Made by a program: the position numbers and the translations under genes | NCBI GenBank assembly: GCA_040954595.2 | Contig: CM082577.2 | Location: forward strand, 124,001 to 188,000 | Direction: 5' to 3' | Source: Balanoglossus misakiensis | Taxonomy: Eukaryota > Animalia > Hemichordata | DNA: 64,000 nt | Shown: piece after piece, positions 62,401-64,000 of the stretch | Layout: each line of letters starts with the position of its first letter | Numbering within the stretch: the first letter of the stretch is position 1 | Notes under the pieces: generated by a model | The model's input: the letters and a program-made list of their open reading frames with translations, nothing else | The model's database searches: none | What the model was told of the DNA's origin: nothing

Positions 62401-64000
62401 GGGTTATAGCTCATGAAAATCATCCACAAATGACAATTTTTCGACTTTCCGAAATTTCAAAATTTCTTCATTTTTTGAAAAAATCATGTGTTATAGCTCA
62501 TGAAAATCATCCACAAATGACAATTTTTCGACTCTGCGAAATTTCAAAATTTCTTCATTTTTTGAAAAAATCATGGGTTATAGCTCATGAAAATCATCCA
62601 CAAATGACAATTTTTCGACTTTGCGAAATTTCAAAAAATTTCTTCATTTTTTGAAAAAATCATGGGTTATAGCTCATGAAAATCATCCACAAATGACAAT
62701 TTTTCGACTTTGCGAAATTTCTAAATTTCTTCATTTTTTGAAAAAATCATGGGTTATAGCTCATGAAAATCATCCACAAATGACAATTTTTCGACTTTGC
62801 GAAATTTCAAAATTTCTTCATTTTTTGAAAAAATCATGGGTTATAGCTCATGAAAATCATCCACAAATGACAATTTTTCGACTTTGCGAAATTTCAAAAT
62901 TTCTTCATTTTTTGAAAAAAGCATGGGTTATAGCTCATGAAAATCATCCACAAATGACAATTTTTCGACTTTGCGAAATTTCAAAATTTCTTCATTTTTT
63001 GAAAAAATCATGGGTTATAGCTCATGAAAATCATCCACAAATGACAATTTTTCGACTTTGCGAAATTTCAAAATTTCTTCATTTTTTGAAAAAATCATGG
63101 GTTATAGCTCATGAAACTCATCCACAAATGACAATTTTTCGACTTTCCGAAATTTCAAAATTTCTTCATTTTTTGAAAAAATCATGGGTTATAGCTCATG
63201 AAACTCATCCACAAATGACAATTTTTCGACTTTCCGAAATTTCAAAATTTCTTCGTTTTTTGAAAAAATCATGGGTTATAGCTCATGAAAATAATCCACA
63301 AATGACAATTTTTCGACTTTGCGAAATTTCAAAATTAGTTCATTTTTTGAAAAAATCATGGGTTATAGCTCATGAAAATCATCCACAAATGACAATTTTT
63401 CGACTTTCCGAAATTTCAAAATTTCTTCATTTTTTGAAAAAATCATGGATTATAGCTCATGAAAATCATCCACAAATGACAAATTTTCGACTTTGCGAAA
63501 TTTCAAAATTTCTTCATTTTTTGAAAAAATCATGGGTTATAGCTCATGAAAATCATCCACAAATGACAATTTTTCGACTTTGCGAAATTTCTAAATTTCT
63601 TCATTTTTTGAAAAAATCATGGGTTATAGCTCATGAAAATCATCCACAAATGACAATTTTTCGACTTTGCGAAATTTCAAAATTTCTTCATTTTTTGAAA
63701 AAATCATGGGTTATAGCTCATGAAAATCATCCACAAATGACAATTTTTCGACTTTGCGAAATTTCAAAATTTCTTCATTTTTTGAAAAAATCATGGGTTA
63801 TAGCTCATGAAACTCATCCACAAATGACAATTTTTCGACTTTCCGAAATTTCAAAATTTCTTCATTTTATGAAAAAATCATGGGTTATAGCTCATGAAAA
63901 TCATCCACAAATGACAATTTTTCGACTTTGCGAAATTTCAAAATTAGTTCATTTTTTGAAAAAATCATGGGTTATAGCTCATGAAAATCATCCACAAATG
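59445..64000. repeat. Satellite DNA array, 88-bp then 87-bp monomer, running off the window end
   Basis: Monomer ATGGGTTATAGCTCATGAAAATCATCCA(A/C)AAATGACAATTTTTCGACTTT(G/C)CGAAAT...TTTTTTGA(C)AAAAATC. Spacing is 88 bp at 59532/59620/59708 and 87 bp at 60589/60676. About 50 copies; the first copy (59445-59530) is inverted. Confidence 0.98.

Noticed and set aside
60443-62654. Long ORFs with a 29-aa repeat (SWVIAHENHPQMTIFRLCEISKFLHFLKK)
   Set aside because: They arise because the 87-bp monomer is a multiple of three and lacks a stop in one frame. The frame is broken by A-tract indels and is absent in the 88-bp units.
59445-64000. CRISPR-like regular repeat
   Set aside because: Head-to-tail monomers with no unique spacers, no cas genes, and a eukaryotic context.

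Overview
Eukaryotic (metazoan, probably marine invertebrate) genomic DNA, AT-rich, with GT-AG introns and microsatellites. I found no prokaryotic operons, rRNA, tRNA or CRISPR. From ~0.9 to 48.8 kb there are seven orphan genes whose coding regions are each one uninterrupted ORF (282-605 aa). They encode basic, Ser/Arg-rich, apparently disordered proteins. Five fall into two paralogue families visible only through short conserved motifs. Family A (7696-9015, 17979-19040, 26069-27886) shares a C-terminal H-x-V-[ND]-C-P-x(0-1)-C ... C-P-P-(PP)-N-S-P motif. Family B (943-1971, 47733-48779) shares an LL[YH]DN-x4-RLL helix and DDRFxxLxxSLV. The intergenic DNA carries about ten RFX X-box-like palindromes, and the proteins carry repeated [LF]Px[IL] and RPx[ST]A motifs, which suggests (by inference) an undescribed co-regulated cilia/sperm gene cluster. 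Next is a gene with three coding exons (52209-56575, ~528 aa) that has a FAM220A/SIPAR-like domain fused to ankyrin repeats. Other features are a recent 5'-truncated Tx1/L1-type LINE with perfect 15-bp TSDs, several MITE-like inverted repeats, and an 88/87-bp satellite array from 59445 to the window end that starts with an inverted monomer.
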